A DNA stretch of 64,000 nucleotides from Tetramitus jugosus (Eukaryota > Protista > Heterolobosea), in contig OW569347.1 in the NCBI GenBank assembly GCA_937625935.1, positions 496,001-560,000 of the forward strand, read 5' to 3'. Each line of letters starts with the position of its first letter. Within the stretch, counting starts at the first letter, position 1. The notes below the pieces were generated by a model. That model saw nothing but the letters and a program-made list of their open reading frames with translations, did not search any database and was not told where the DNA came from. Below are positions 22,789-33,289 of the stretch, piece after piece. The translations under genes and the position numbers were made by a program.

Positions 22789-23119
22789 TCAGTTGTTCAA
22801 TTGAGAGGTCAGAGAGTCAATCACTCCCTGCAAAAAAGTGATATCGTCAGGCACCAGCGCCAAAGAATTGTAAACAAGTTTTGGATCAACCTTGTCGTAT
22901 TGATGGAGCAAGAAATCCTTCAACTTTGCAATCTTAGACAACTTCTTCGACTGTTCTTCGTCCAAGTGGAGACCAATGGTAGAACACGCCTTTGTGCATC
23001 GTTTTGCTGCTTCGCCTGAAAGTGTGAACCAATTACAAACAGCACTATGCTTCTCCTCGTTTGCTAGGTAGTCGTTCAACGTGACATTTTCGAGAGATTG
23101 ATGAGAAGTTTTTAATCAT
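22789..23119 (-). CDS. DUF86/HepT-like HEPN domain protein (5' end frameshifted or pseudogene)
   Basis: TLNDYLANEEKHSAV..FTLSGEAAKR..KLKDFLLHQYDKVDPKLVY resembles DUF86 (GEA.K, Rx4HxY..VD); ATG 23119 is in frame only if the A5 run is A4. Confidence 0.75.
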
Positions 23120-23193
23120 TTCCTATTTTTCAAATAAAATTTCTTTGCACCGAGTAAAACAAGGAATTTCCTGTTGGTCGAAAAAACAAGAAC

Positions 23194-23454
23194 ATGTGGC
23201 AACCAACCCCTCACGCTTACAAGAATCCCTTTGCCTCTCAACCAGTGCAAAGCACGAACGAAGCCATTCCATTAATCAAACCCATCTTGAAGAAGCATGG
23301 AGTAAATTCGGCAAAGATTGTAGGTTCCTTGGCAAGAAACAAACACAGAGATGAGAGTGATGTAGATATCCTTGTAACCTTTATCCCTGAAGTAAGAAGT
23401 TCAATGAATATGATGGATATCATAGACCTCCAAACAGAAGCAGAAGGAGTGTGA
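23194..23454 (+). CDS. Minimal nucleotidyltransferase (MntA-like), C-terminally truncated
   Basis: ILKKHGV..IVGS-LARNKHRDES-DVDILV = GSx10DxD; stops before the LGRxVD strand. Confidence 0.8.
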   Translation: MWQPTPHAYKNPFASQPVQSTNEAIPLIKPILKKHGVNSAKIVGSLARNKHRDESDVDILVTFIPEVRSSMNMMDIIDLQTEAEGV

Positions 23455-23524
23455 TTCCACATTTCTTGGCAAATGACCCAAACTTTCAGTTCTATTGACC
23501 AATAAATTTTCTGAAAGTTGAAAA

Positions 23525-24439
23525 ATGGAGCATTCATTATTGTATTCGAAAGACTATCACCAATACCTAGAGAGAAAGAGGAACATTAATGAGCAAAGAA
23601 GGAGAACTTCTGTTCGAAATGCAATACTCATCACTCTTGTTGCCATCTTGTTGTCATCCTTGGGACCAGAAGTTGCTAAGAATTGCACCAGAGTTGTTGT
23701 GAACAAGTACAACAGTGCGACAAGATATTTCGAAGAGAAATCAAAAGAGAGAGCCTTGATAAAGAAGGCAAGAGAGTTGGAATCTGCAAAGGTAGAGAAG
23801 GAAAGAGTGAGACAATTGGCAATTGTAAAGGAACAAAAGAATAGAGAATCGTTCAATAGAATTGTTCAGAAGAGAAGAAGAGAGAGGGACCAGCATCAAC
23901 AACAGATTCAGATTAATATTCATTCTCTGAAGGGGTTGATAGGTCAATTGTTTGGAATGAAGCCTACTTTGCAATGGAGTGAGTTACTCACACAAGAGGC
24001 GTACCGAGGAGCGAAGGAGATTGTCCTTGGAGGTATTCCAACTTATGATCTTACCCCGTTATCAGAAAGAGTCAACAAGAAATTCACTTTTCTTGAGCGA
24101 TTAACATCATCCTGCAGTGTCTTCTTTTATGGCTACACGGCTTATGGGCAATGCGCTCCTCACCCGACACTTGAAGAAGCTTTGATTGAATGGAAGGTGA
24201 AGGATGTATCTGAGCAATTCAAAAGTTCAACCCATGTTGGATATGAAAGATATGGAATCTGTAGCAAAACGGCACTCATACTTTTCCTTTGTAACAAAGA
24301 TCCACCTGGTGCGGCTATCGTGTTTACTCACGAGTATTTGAACCCAAAATATGATCCATCTGTTGATTATACTCATCAAGAGAGTCTTGGTCTCCCAGAA
24401 TGGGTTGAAAATATGATAGAGAACTGGTTCGGAAAGTAG
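23525..24439 (+). CDS. Single-TM coiled-coil protein with possible divergent CAP/SCP domain
   Basis: Hydrophobic AILITLVAILLSSL; charged helix; LQWSELL..A..A...ERV...ALIEW pattern. Confidence 0.6.
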   Translation: MEHSLLYSKDYHQYLERKRNINEQRRRTSVRNAILITLVAILLSSLGPEVAKNCTRVVVNKYNSATRYFEEKSKERALIKKARELESAKVEKERVRQLAIVKEQKNRESFNRIVQKRRRERDQHQQQIQINIHSLKGLIGQLFGMKPTLQWSELLTQEAYRGAKEIVLGGIPTYDLTPLSERVNKKFTFLERLTSSCSVFFYGYTAYGQCAPHPTLEEALIEWKVKDVSEQFKSSTHVGYERYGICSKTALILFLCNKDPPGAAIVFTHEYLNPKYDPSVDYTHQESLGLPEWVENMIENWFGK

Positions 24440-24684
24440 TTGTAATGCAACGATTAAAGGAATCATGATATCTAAGATGTTATTTCTGTTGGACAAAGGA
24501 CAAGTACCTGGAAATGTAAAGTGTATCGATCTACTAAGACTATTGAGGTCAACATACCAGCAATGAATCCTCCATAATGCGTCATGTTGTTCCAGTGTTC
24601 ACTTCTAATAAAAATAAAGATAACATCATAACAGTCAAAAAATTTACTGCATTTGAGTGCTACTGCTTTTGTGATGTGGAGTAG

Positions 24685-25035
24685 TTAAAAGCGTCGATAA
24701 CCAGCTTGGTGTTGTCTTTCTTCCTTCTTTTGACCCCCAAACAGATACCACAACACCCCAATCACCCAAATAGCATCAACAATCATCAACAAGATGGTCA
24801 AGTCCCTGTCGTGTTCACTACAGTAGTCTCCAGAAAGCAATCCCCATATACTTTGAGCACTTCTTCTTTGGAAGATGAGAGCTCGAATACAGGTGATGTA
24901 GGTCAGGTTTACAAATCCAAGGAGCAGGGTAACAGTAACAAGGAATTTGGCTGTTGCATCCCCTGGAATTACATAGTACACACCAGCAATTGTAGCAATA
25001 GTTTGCCAAAATTTATCGTCTTGTTGTCTTCTCAT
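24685..25035 (-). CDS. Small multi-pass membrane protein
   Basis: ATG 25035; three hydrophobic segments. Confidence 0.55.
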   Translation of the reverse strand: MRRQQDDKFWQTIATIAGVYYVIPGDATAKFLVTVTLLLGFVNLTYITCIRALIFQRRSAQSIWGLLSGDYCSEHDRDLTILLMIVDAIWVIGVLWYLFGGQKKEERQHQAGYRRF

Positions 25036-25280
25036 TCTTGTGGTTATCTTGTTAGAGGTTTCGCAGGAAAGGTTCTGGGACAATTTTTATGTGTCGGCTT
25101 TACTTTACAAAAAGTCAAGATTACAAAATCTTTCCCTGGAATTGCGCTCTTCCAGAGAGTGAGATTGGGCTTTTCACAACGAAACGTTTGTGACATGGAA
25201 TCGTTGTTTTGGTTTACTATTTTTTCTCTCGGGGTAAAGCCCATTTTTCCTTTCACTAATTGATCGAAAGAACAAATAGA

Positions 25281-26037
25281 ATGGATGTGTTGAGCACCAT
25301 CATCCCGACCAAACTCCATTTAGGTGATCAGTTTGATGCACGTTCAGTTGAATGTATCACCATAAAGAATATTTGCTGTGTAGTGAACATGGCGAGAGAG
25401 TGCACCTGTTTTTTTGAGAAGTCGTCAAGTGTGGTCACTAGTTCCTCCAATCCATTCCCAGCTCACACAGTCCAATACTTGCATATCCAGTGGACAGATC
25501 GGTTCTTTGCCAAGAAGAAGCTTGACAATGACTTTGAACTGTTCTGTGATGCAATGGAGCAAATTGAATATTTTATTCAGAGGAATGTCAAGATGAATGC
25601 TGATGATATCAGGTGTGAATCTGGTTCAGTGCTCATCCATTGTATGAGTGGAGTGAATAGAAGTGCTACCGCAACTATTGGCTTTCTTATGAAACATTAT
25701 AGGATCTGTGTCCATGCTTAACTCATACGAGATTGTCAAGAAACAGAGACCTATAATCTCTCCATCTACATTCTACATTCAAATGTTACTGAAATATCAA
25801 ACACATCTGTTTGATACGTGTGAGGAATATAGAAGAGAATTTGATCGAAAAGTGGACTCTGCCATGAACTTGAGTGATAGATCTCTATTGCAGAAGTTGT
25901 CGTATGAACCACTTAGATTGGCTTACCGAGGCCTAAAGCCACAATATAGTCATGTACTACTTGCACACTGGGCTGACACAAGTAGGTTGCCTACTCAACA
26001 GGAATGGGACAAGGTTTTTGAGATTTTAGATTCTTAG
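25281..26037 (+). pseudogene. Dual-specificity phosphatase with one frameshift
   Basis: VLIHCMSGVNRSAT active site; removing 4 nt at ~25705-25708 gives YRMSMLNSYEIVKKQRPIISP. Confidence 0.75.
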
Positions 26038-26156
26038 TTCAATTTAATAACAGCAAAAACGAAGTTCACCAGGTTCAATATGAATCAAGTGTTTGAATAC
26101 AACCGAATTTCTATTTTAAGAGGTCAGACATTTTGTTGTTTTTGTGACATCAGGAG

Positions 26157-26166
26157 ATAATCCGAT
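26157..26166 (+). repeat. Right copy of 10-bp direct repeat ATAATCCGAT
   Basis: Identical to 22166-22175. Confidence 0.5.
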
Positions 26167-26253
26167 TGTAATTTGTTCGGGGTAATCATATGTATTTTCA
26201 ATCAAAAACGAAAAATCAAAATTCTCATCCACACAACCACAAACAAACGAAGA

Positions 26254-28119
26254 ATGCAGAAGCGATCAGTCGTTAATCGTGTGTTGCGTGCCGCGCAGGC
26301 CAAGAAGAAGCAACCCTTGATCCATTGCCGATCTACACCACTCAATCAACAACCACAACAACAACAACAAGTAAGATTCATCAGCAGTCACAACAACGCT
26401 ACCACTCAAAAGAAGCACTTGACCAATGTCAACTTGTTCAAACCAACGAGACCGCTCCTTCAACAACAAGAGGAAGAAACAGTTGAGCGTGAGTCCATTG
26501 AATTTGATGTTGTGATTGTCGGTGGTGGACCATCTGGTCTTGCATCTGCCATTACGCTGAAAAAGTTGGCCAATGAAGCAGGAATGGAAGATTTTACAGT
26601 GTGCTTGATTGATAAAGGACAAGATATTGGATCTCACATCTTGTCTGGTGCTTGCATGGAACCAAGATCCCTGTACGAAATGTTTGGAAAGGATGATTTG
26701 GAGGGAGCACCATTGAACAACCCTGCCACCAAGGATAAAATGTATTTGTTGACAGAGAAGAATGCAATTCCATTGCCTACCATTCCCCAAATGCACAATG
26801 AAGGAAACTATATTATTTCACTGGGTCAGATGTGTAAGTGGTTGTCTTCGAGAGCCGAGGAATTGGGTGTTGATATCTATACTGGATTCGCTGCGGATAA
26901 CATTTTGTATCATGAAGATGGTTCAGTGAAGGGTATCGTGACAAAGGATGCTGGTATTGCCAAGGATGGATCCATCAAGGACACATTTGAACCAGGTATG
27001 GAGTTGCATGCCAAGATGACTATATTTGCCGAAGGTTGCAGAGGATCCTTGACCAAGAAGCTCTATGAGAATCAACAATTCAAACTGAGAGAAGACTGTC
27101 AACCTCAGACTTATGCACTCGGCATCAAGGAAATTTGGGAAGTGGACAATGATAAGTTTGATAAGGGATTGGTGATGCACAGTGCTGGTTGGCCAATGGA
27201 TCAGAGCACATATGGTGGCTCGTGGATGTACCACTATGATGAAAACAAAATTTCTGTTGGATTTGTGATGGCTCTCGACTACAAGAATCCTACAATGAGC
27301 CCATATCAGGAGTTCCAGAGATTGAAGCATCATCCGAAGTTTTCTCCATTCTTGAAGAATGGAAAGTGCATTGCTTATGGTGCTAGAACATTGAGTGAAG
27401 GTGGTTATGTCAGTATTCCAAAGTTGCAATTCCCTGGTGGTATTTTGGTTGGTGATACAGCTGGATTCTTGAACTTACCAAAGATTAAGGGTATTCACAC
27501 CGCGATGAAGTCAGGTATTTTGGGAGCTGAGTCCGTATTCGAGGCATTGAAGGCAGGAAAGAACTTAGCAGATACATATCAACAAAGATTTAAGGAATCA
27601 TGGTTGCATGAGGAACTCTATGGTGTAAGAAACATTAGACAATACTTCCACTATGGTTTGTATCCTGCCTTGTTCTTGTCCGGCCTAGATGCAATGATCC
27701 TGAGATCTCATACACCATGGACATTGAATCATCCAGGGCCAGATAACGAGCAAACCTTGAAGATTAACGAAGTTACGCCAATCAAATATCCAAAGCCTGA
27801 TGGTGTATTGAGCTTCGATTTGCTCACAAACTTGACCAGATCTGGAACCAATCACAACCACGATCAACCAGCTCACTTGAAACTAAAGAACAAGGATATC
27901 CCAGTGGATGTGAACTTGAAGCAATACGGAGGTCCAGAACAATACTATTGTCCAGCAAAGGTCTACGAATTCCATACTGACGAGAGTGGAAAGAGCAGAT
28001 TGCAAATTAATGCCCAAAACTGTTTGCATTGCAAGGCCTGCGATATCAAGGATCCAAAGCAAAACATTGACTGGACAGTACCAGAAGGAGGAGGTGGTCC
28101 AGCTTACAACATTATGTAA
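26254..28119 (+). CDS. ETFDH: Electron transfer flavoprotein-ubiquinone oxidoreductase
   Basis: DVVIVGGGPSGL, GSHILSGA, AEGCRGSL, KIKGIHTAMKSG, CPAKVYE..NCLHCKACDIKDP. Confidence 0.98.
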   Translation: MQKRSVVNRVLRAAQAKKKQPLIHCRSTPLNQQPQQQQQVRFISSHNNATTQKKHLTNVNLFKPTRPLLQQQEEETVERESIEFDVVIVGGGPSGLASAITLKKLANEAGMEDFTVCLIDKGQDIGSHILSGACMEPRSLYEMFGKDDLEGAPLNNPATKDKMYLLTEKNAIPLPTIPQMHNEGNYIISLGQMCKWLSSRAEELGVDIYTGFAADNILYHEDGSVKGIVTKDAGIAKDGSIKDTFEPGMELHAKMTIFAEGCRGSLTKKLYENQQFKLREDCQPQTYALGIKEIWEVDNDKFDKGLVMHSAGWPMDQSTYGGSWMYHYDENKISVGFVMALDYKNPTMSPYQEFQRLKHHPKFSPFLKNGKCIAYGARTLSEGGYVSIPKLQFPGGILVGDTAGFLNLPKIKGIHTAMKSGILGAESVFEALKAGKNLADTYQQRFKESWLHEELYGVRNIRQYFHYGLYPALFLSGLDAMILRSHTPWTLNHPGPDNEQTLKINEVTPIKYPKPDGVLSFDLLTNLTRSGTNHNHDQPAHLKLKNKDIPVDVNLKQYGGPEQYYCPAKVYEFHTDESGKSRLQINAQNCLHCKACDIKDPKQNIDWTVPEGGGGPAYNIM

Positions 28120-28322
28120 AAACGATAATGGTGGGGATTATAAACATGTACAGGATCTTTTGATTCATGCAGTAATGCATGTCCTACTCGCAAAAGTGTG
28201 CGGTTTGCGCGCTCTGAGAAAGCGGCTTTTCTCAACGCTCATCTACTACAGTTTCTATTCCAATAAAACTGCATTGCGATCCGTTTCACACAGAAAGAGT
28301 AGAAGATATCACCTAGTTATCC

Positions 28323-29969
28323 ATGTCAACATCAAGCCTACCTCTACGGAGACTCTCAAACGGTGGTCAGAACCCTCCATCTTTCCTACCCCATATCAAG
28401 AGCAAGCAAGCATTTGTCCAAGAGGTTCAATCGGACGAAGATGTTGATGATTCATCACTAAGGGATTCTTTTTCGAAACAACCGATGGGACATCGTGTCA
28501 GTTCACTCGAGGAAACCATGCTGAAAAACAATAAGGTTGTTCACCAGTTGCTTCGAAGGATGAAGAAACTTGAAGTCAATGGAGTTGAATTCAGTAGCGG
28601 TCCTGCGTCTGCTCGAGTGGAAACAAAGATTATAAATGTTGAAGTTCAAAGAAACATCAATGAGATACTCGAGAGGTTGAACAACTTGGAGGATGAGAGC
28701 AAAAAGAATGCTCAGGCGAGTCAAGATTTACGAGACAGTGTCTCTGCTCTGGAATCACAAACGATGAACAAGTTCGGAGACATTGAGAAGTCAAACAATG
28801 AAAGGTTTGACCAGTGCAATGAAAAGATTGCAGAAAGCAACACTAGGATAGGAGAAAACCAAACAAGAATCGAGAAATTAGAGCAAGAGCTTGCTAATTC
28901 GTTGAGAAATGAATTGAATGAGCACACAGAGAAGATTACTAAACTGTTGGAAACAACAGATATTCACCAACAGGAAATGGAGAAAACCAAAACAGAACAA
29001 AATAATGTCATCCAGGAAATGGGCAATAAGATTCAAGAAACACTAGATAGATTAAGTGTAGTTGACGACCGTTTGAACGTACTGGATACTCATGAGTTAC
29101 AAATTGAAAGTATTAACAATGATCTCCTTGTTCACCAAGGTTTACTCCAAAGACATTCGGAACAAATTGATGAGTATTTGACGGGTTTCTCTGTTCAGAT
29201 GAAGAGTCAAACCGACTATTCATTTTCTATGGAGCAACAAATAACTTTCATCGATCGTCAGTTAAAACAAATTAGCGAGTCTGTGGCTGAATTAAGATCA
29301 CAACGTGATTTCATTCAGTCAGTCGAGACTCAACTAGGACCAATGAAGAAGACACTGGATTCGATGAAAGACTATGGGGAACAGCTCAGAATCGTTAAAG
29401 GACAAACCAACGCTGTTCTTCAAGAATTAAGAGACTACATGGACACAGTATCGAGAACAAAAGTGGAATCAACATACGACGCTCTCAAAAAGTTACAGGG
29501 AGATTTAGTGGATGTATCTGGCAAAGTAGAAGGTTTACTCGAAATTCAGCATGAAATTGATGTGATCATCTCAGCATCAAAGGAGAGATCCCTCCTGAAG
29601 GAGATAGATATGCACATCTCACACAAGCTGCCAGATTATCTGGCATCTATGATGAGCACAGGAACTCCTTTAGCTTCGAAATTGATGAGTTTCTCTAGGA
29701 TTCCACCTAACTCAGCACAGGACATAAATGCCGTTGAGACTAGAATACAAGCAAGGATAGATGAGATTGATTCAAGTACACACAAAATCCTAAGTAAGTT
29801 GATGTTGGAAATGCGATCTGTTCGCCAACAAGCGCTAGATGACAAAGAGCAGATGATGGAGGAATTACTGAGGAACTTGGATGAGAATCCTGGAGAACGA
29901 GTGAAGAATTTGGAATCAAAGATATCTTCTCTTTCAAATACAATTAGCACTCTGCATGGTCAAACTTAA
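28323..29969 (+). CDS. Long coiled-coil protein
   Basis: 548-aa ORF with heptad E/Q/K/L composition. Confidence 0.8.
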   Translation: MSTSSLPLRRLSNGGQNPPSFLPHIKSKQAFVQEVQSDEDVDDSSLRDSFSKQPMGHRVSSLEETMLKNNKVVHQLLRRMKKLEVNGVEFSSGPASARVETKIINVEVQRNINEILERLNNLEDESKKNAQASQDLRDSVSALESQTMNKFGDIEKSNNERFDQCNEKIAESNTRIGENQTRIEKLEQELANSLRNELNEHTEKITKLLETTDIHQQEMEKTKTEQNNVIQEMGNKIQETLDRLSVVDDRLNVLDTHELQIESINNDLLVHQGLLQRHSEQIDEYLTGFSVQMKSQTDYSFSMEQQITFIDRQLKQISESVAELRSQRDFIQSVETQLGPMKKTLDSMKDYGEQLRIVKGQTNAVLQELRDYMDTVSRTKVESTYDALKKLQGDLVDVSGKVEGLLEIQHEIDVIISASKERSLLKEIDMHISHKLPDYLASMMSTGTPLASKLMSFSRIPPNSAQDINAVETRIQARIDEIDSSTHKILSKLMLEMRSVRQQALDDKEQMMEELLRNLDENPGERVKNLESKISSLSNTISTLHGQT

Positions 29970-30025
29970 TGTACAATAAATTTTAATCTTATTTGTTTGT
30001 GGTTGAGGAATGGAGAACCTCAGAT

Positions 30026-31465
30026 CTAATTATTGTTTGGGTTATGTTCTAGAATACAAACACCTCCTATGCCACCTGCAGCACAAATGGAGACCAAACC
30101 ATATCTCTTTCCTGTTCGTCTCAACTCATTCATACAACTGGTGACTACTCTACCACCTGTAGCACTAAATGGATGACCAATAGCAATACTACCACCATTC
30201 ACATTCAATTTTCTTGGATCTACTTCACCTACTGGCTCATCACGTCCCAAACGCTCCTTACAAAACTCCTTACTGGCCAAGCAGGCAACAGTAGCCAACA
30301 CTTGAGCAGCAAAGGCCTCATGAATCTCAAACACATCGATATCGTTGAGTGTGAGACCTGCATTGTCCAATGCCTTTGGAATTGCGAGAGCAGGAGCCAA
30401 CAAGAGTTCTGGGAATGGATCGATTGCAGTGGTAGAATAGGATCGAACAGTCATATCAGTTGGATATCCCAACTCTCTTGCCTTTTGTTCACTCATAATG
30501 AGCACACAACTGGCACCATCGGTCAATGGACTACTCGATGCAGCAGTCACTGTTCCTTGCTTTCGGAAAACAGGCTTCAATTTTGCCATCTTACCAGAGT
30601 CTTGCTTCTCACGAATCAAATTGTCCTCAGTGATCACACCGGCACCATTGGGCAACACAACAGGAACAATCTCCTGTGCCAACTTGCCCTCTCTTCTTGC
30701 GCGTCCTGCATTGACATGAGAAGCCATTGCAAACGCATCTTGACTCTCTCTCTTGACATCTCTGGACTCTGCCATCAAATCAGCGTGATAACCCATTGTG
30801 TGACCCGTGCTTCTCTCTGCAATAGCAGGTGGAGTAGGCACCCATGTCATTGGACTTCCTGCGTCCTTCAACAGCTTGACAACGCCCTTGAAACCCTGGC
30901 TGCTTGCTCCACCGTACTTGTACATGCCCAGTGCGTGACCCAAGTGCCTTGGCAAGCTAATTTCACCATTACTCATCGAATCACTGCCACCTGCAACGAC
31001 AACTTGTGCTCCACCGTGTTCAATCAATCGAATTCCCTGCAAAATGGCTTCCAATCCACTGTGACATGCTCTACTCACAGTCACACCAGTAATCTTCTTT
31101 GGCAAATTGAGGTCGAGAACAATTTCACGTGCCACATTGGGTGCCTTTGTGTTGAGAACGACATTGCCCCAAATGACCTCATCAATCAAGTTGGGATCAA
31201 TTTGGGTCTTGTTGAGAAGCCCGCTGACGGAACTGACTCCTAATCCGATGCTGTCAACTGTCATCATGGGACCAAAAGCTCTGGTAAAGGGTGTTCGAAC
31301 ACCTTGGATGATCACTGCTCTGTTGTTGTTATTACTGTTGAATGTGTCATTGGTGTGCAAAAGCTTTTGTTGTTGTTGTTGTTGTTGTTGGAGTGGTGAG
31401 GGAGAGAGATGTTGTTGGAGAATGTGGAGACGTCTGTTGCTCTGTTGATTGTTGTTGTTTGACAT
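30026..31465 (-). CDS. 3-ketoacyl-CoA thiolase, FadI/HADHB type, with PTS2
   Basis: GVRTPF, PNVAREIVL, VSRACHSG, HEAFAAQ, GHPFSATG, CAAGG; RLHILQQHL at aa 12-20. Confidence 0.93.
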   Translation of the reverse strand: MSNNNNQQSNRRLHILQQHLSPSPLQQQQQQQQKLLHTNDTFNSNNNNRAVIIQGVRTPFTRAFGPMMTVDSIGLGVSSVSGLLNKTQIDPNLIDEVIWGNVVLNTKAPNVAREIVLDLNLPKKITGVTVSRACHSGLEAILQGIRLIEHGGAQVVVAGGSDSMSNGEISLPRHLGHALGMYKYGGASSQGFKGVVKLLKDAGSPMTWVPTPPAIAERSTGHTMGYHADLMAESRDVKRESQDAFAMASHVNAGRARREGKLAQEIVPVVLPNGAGVITEDNLIREKQDSGKMAKLKPVFRKQGTVTAASSSPLTDGASCVLIMSEQKARELGYPTDMTVRSYSTTAIDPFPELLLAPALAIPKALDNAGLTLNDIDVFEIHEAFAAQVLATVACLASKEFCKERLGRDEPVGEVDPRKLNVNGGSIAIGHPFSATGGRVVTSCMNELRRTGKRYGLVSICAAGGIGGVCILEHNPNNN

Positions 31466-31704
31466 TTTGGTGCGTGTCTGTGTTTTGCTTGATTTCTTTT
31501 TTTTTGGTTTGATGGCCAAGAGAAATATTTCCAATGAAGCTTTTTCAGCACTAGATTATTTTTCCTGAGCTGTGATTGTTTTTAATCTTCCCCCTTTTAT
31601 TTCCCGGAGGCTACCTGCCGGTGAAACAACTACGGAGCGCAAAATTGAGAGACAGTTACGCTGAACAACAGAGACAGACACCATTTTGGTAAGATTGATC
31701 ATAC

Positions 31705-33239
31705 ATGAGCTTTCATCAGCAGTTTCATCAACCACAGCAGCAACAACTAAATACTTCTCAACTGAGGAATGAATTCGTTGAGATGACACATCCCGTTTCT
31801 CGCCAAGAGAAGGAATTTGCTCACATGGAGTACCTCATACGAATGAGTTTGAGATCGGTGAGCGCCAACATCTACAGAATGTACAGTTTGAAGCATCCGA
31901 AGGAAGTGGAGCAGTTCAAGGTTAATACAGGCGGTGGTTTCTTTGATGTTTGGTTCAACATGAACTCAGAACGAATGAAAGACTATTCGATCGAGGAGAT
32001 TGCGACAGAGGGATTTGCAATCCCTGAGACAGGTTTAACAGTGAAAACTGGAATGTTGCGATTGGATGACGATACTGCTCAGGACAGAACTCTGAACAAT
32101 GAAGCTTCATTGAACATGAGTCTGCATGGTGTAAAGAGGAAGAAAATTTTTAAGTTACTCCATTGTCTAGTGGCACCAGGAAAGTGTTTCTTTGTTTCCA
32201 ATAAGCTTCACGAAGTTGTGATGCCAAAAGGTTATAATTCAATCTATTTGCAACCAGGTAAGTGAATTGAGTATGAGAAGCAGTTCTAAAACCTAACTAA
32301 ACCCGTCTCAACAATTGTTCTTAGAGTCAACCGAGGATACTAGTTCACCACTGTACAAACATCAATATATCATTTTTGACAAGAATAGGCTGCTACCAGA
32401 TTATGTTATCTTCCTAGAATATGATCCCGAGGGAGACAGTAAGTTGAAAGTAATTAGCTCCTCAAGTAGCGAAGAGTACTTTGAGACCAATGAAAAGATC
32501 ATTAATGAAGCATATTACAAAGCCAAAGCAACTGTAGACAATGAGGTATGATACTTTCCGTACATTTCTTTCATACCACTGATTGCATTAATCTTCTCCA
32601 TAGAATCCTAATGCTAGCCTCGAAACTTCGATGATCGAGCATGAGAAATATTTCGCTGCAGCAAGGGATCATATCGATTTGTTAGAAAAGAGAAGGCAGG
32701 AGATATGCGAGAATGCCAGAAACATGGAAAATGACCTCAGAGACATATTTAAACGATCTATATCCAGGTTGCATGAGATTGCCCAAATGAAATTATCGAA
32801 CTTGTTGAGCGATGAAGCAGAGCTAAGGAGACGACTTGAGGAGGTAGAATGGATGAATCAGTTCATACACTATCAGAAACAGAATGTTACGCCAGTAAAC
32901 TTTTTGGACTCGTTCGCTCAACACAACAAGCTGAAAAAGGAAAGGATAGTTGGAATGGATGTCACTCTTGGCAATATTACTTTGACTCTGGACCAGGTGA
33001 AACCAGATATTCAAGCCAGCGGTCAAATGCAAGTCATATCCCCTACTACCGAACTTCAAGATGACCCTGAATACAGAATAGTACCTATCGATGAGAATCA
33101 AAGAATATTGTTTGACGAGCAAGGGAATATGCTCACTACTATACTTGAGGAGCCAGGAGAGGAGAATGGAATCTATCTCGATGATGAAGCACTTTTAGTG
33201 AACAAGCAAGATCCAAACGAACAATGCAGGATCTCATAG
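31705..33239 (+). CDS. Degenerate PARP/ART-like domain + coiled coil; introns 32258-32324, 32546-32603
   Basis: EEIATEGF..LLHCLVAPGK..PKGYNSIY..YIIFDKNRLLPDYVI resembles the PARP catalytic C-terminus; GT-AG introns join three ORFs in frame. Confidence 0.7.
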
Positions 33240-33289
33240 TTTCCCACATGTATTAAATACATTTTCGTCACACAAAAAACCACAAAATC

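Noticed and set aside
16373-26037. Simple bacterial contamination as the source of the bacterial-like genes
   Set aside because: They interleave and even overlap with eukaryote-type genes (RPP21, PPR, DUSP) and share host-like leaders and composition; long-read confirmation is still needed
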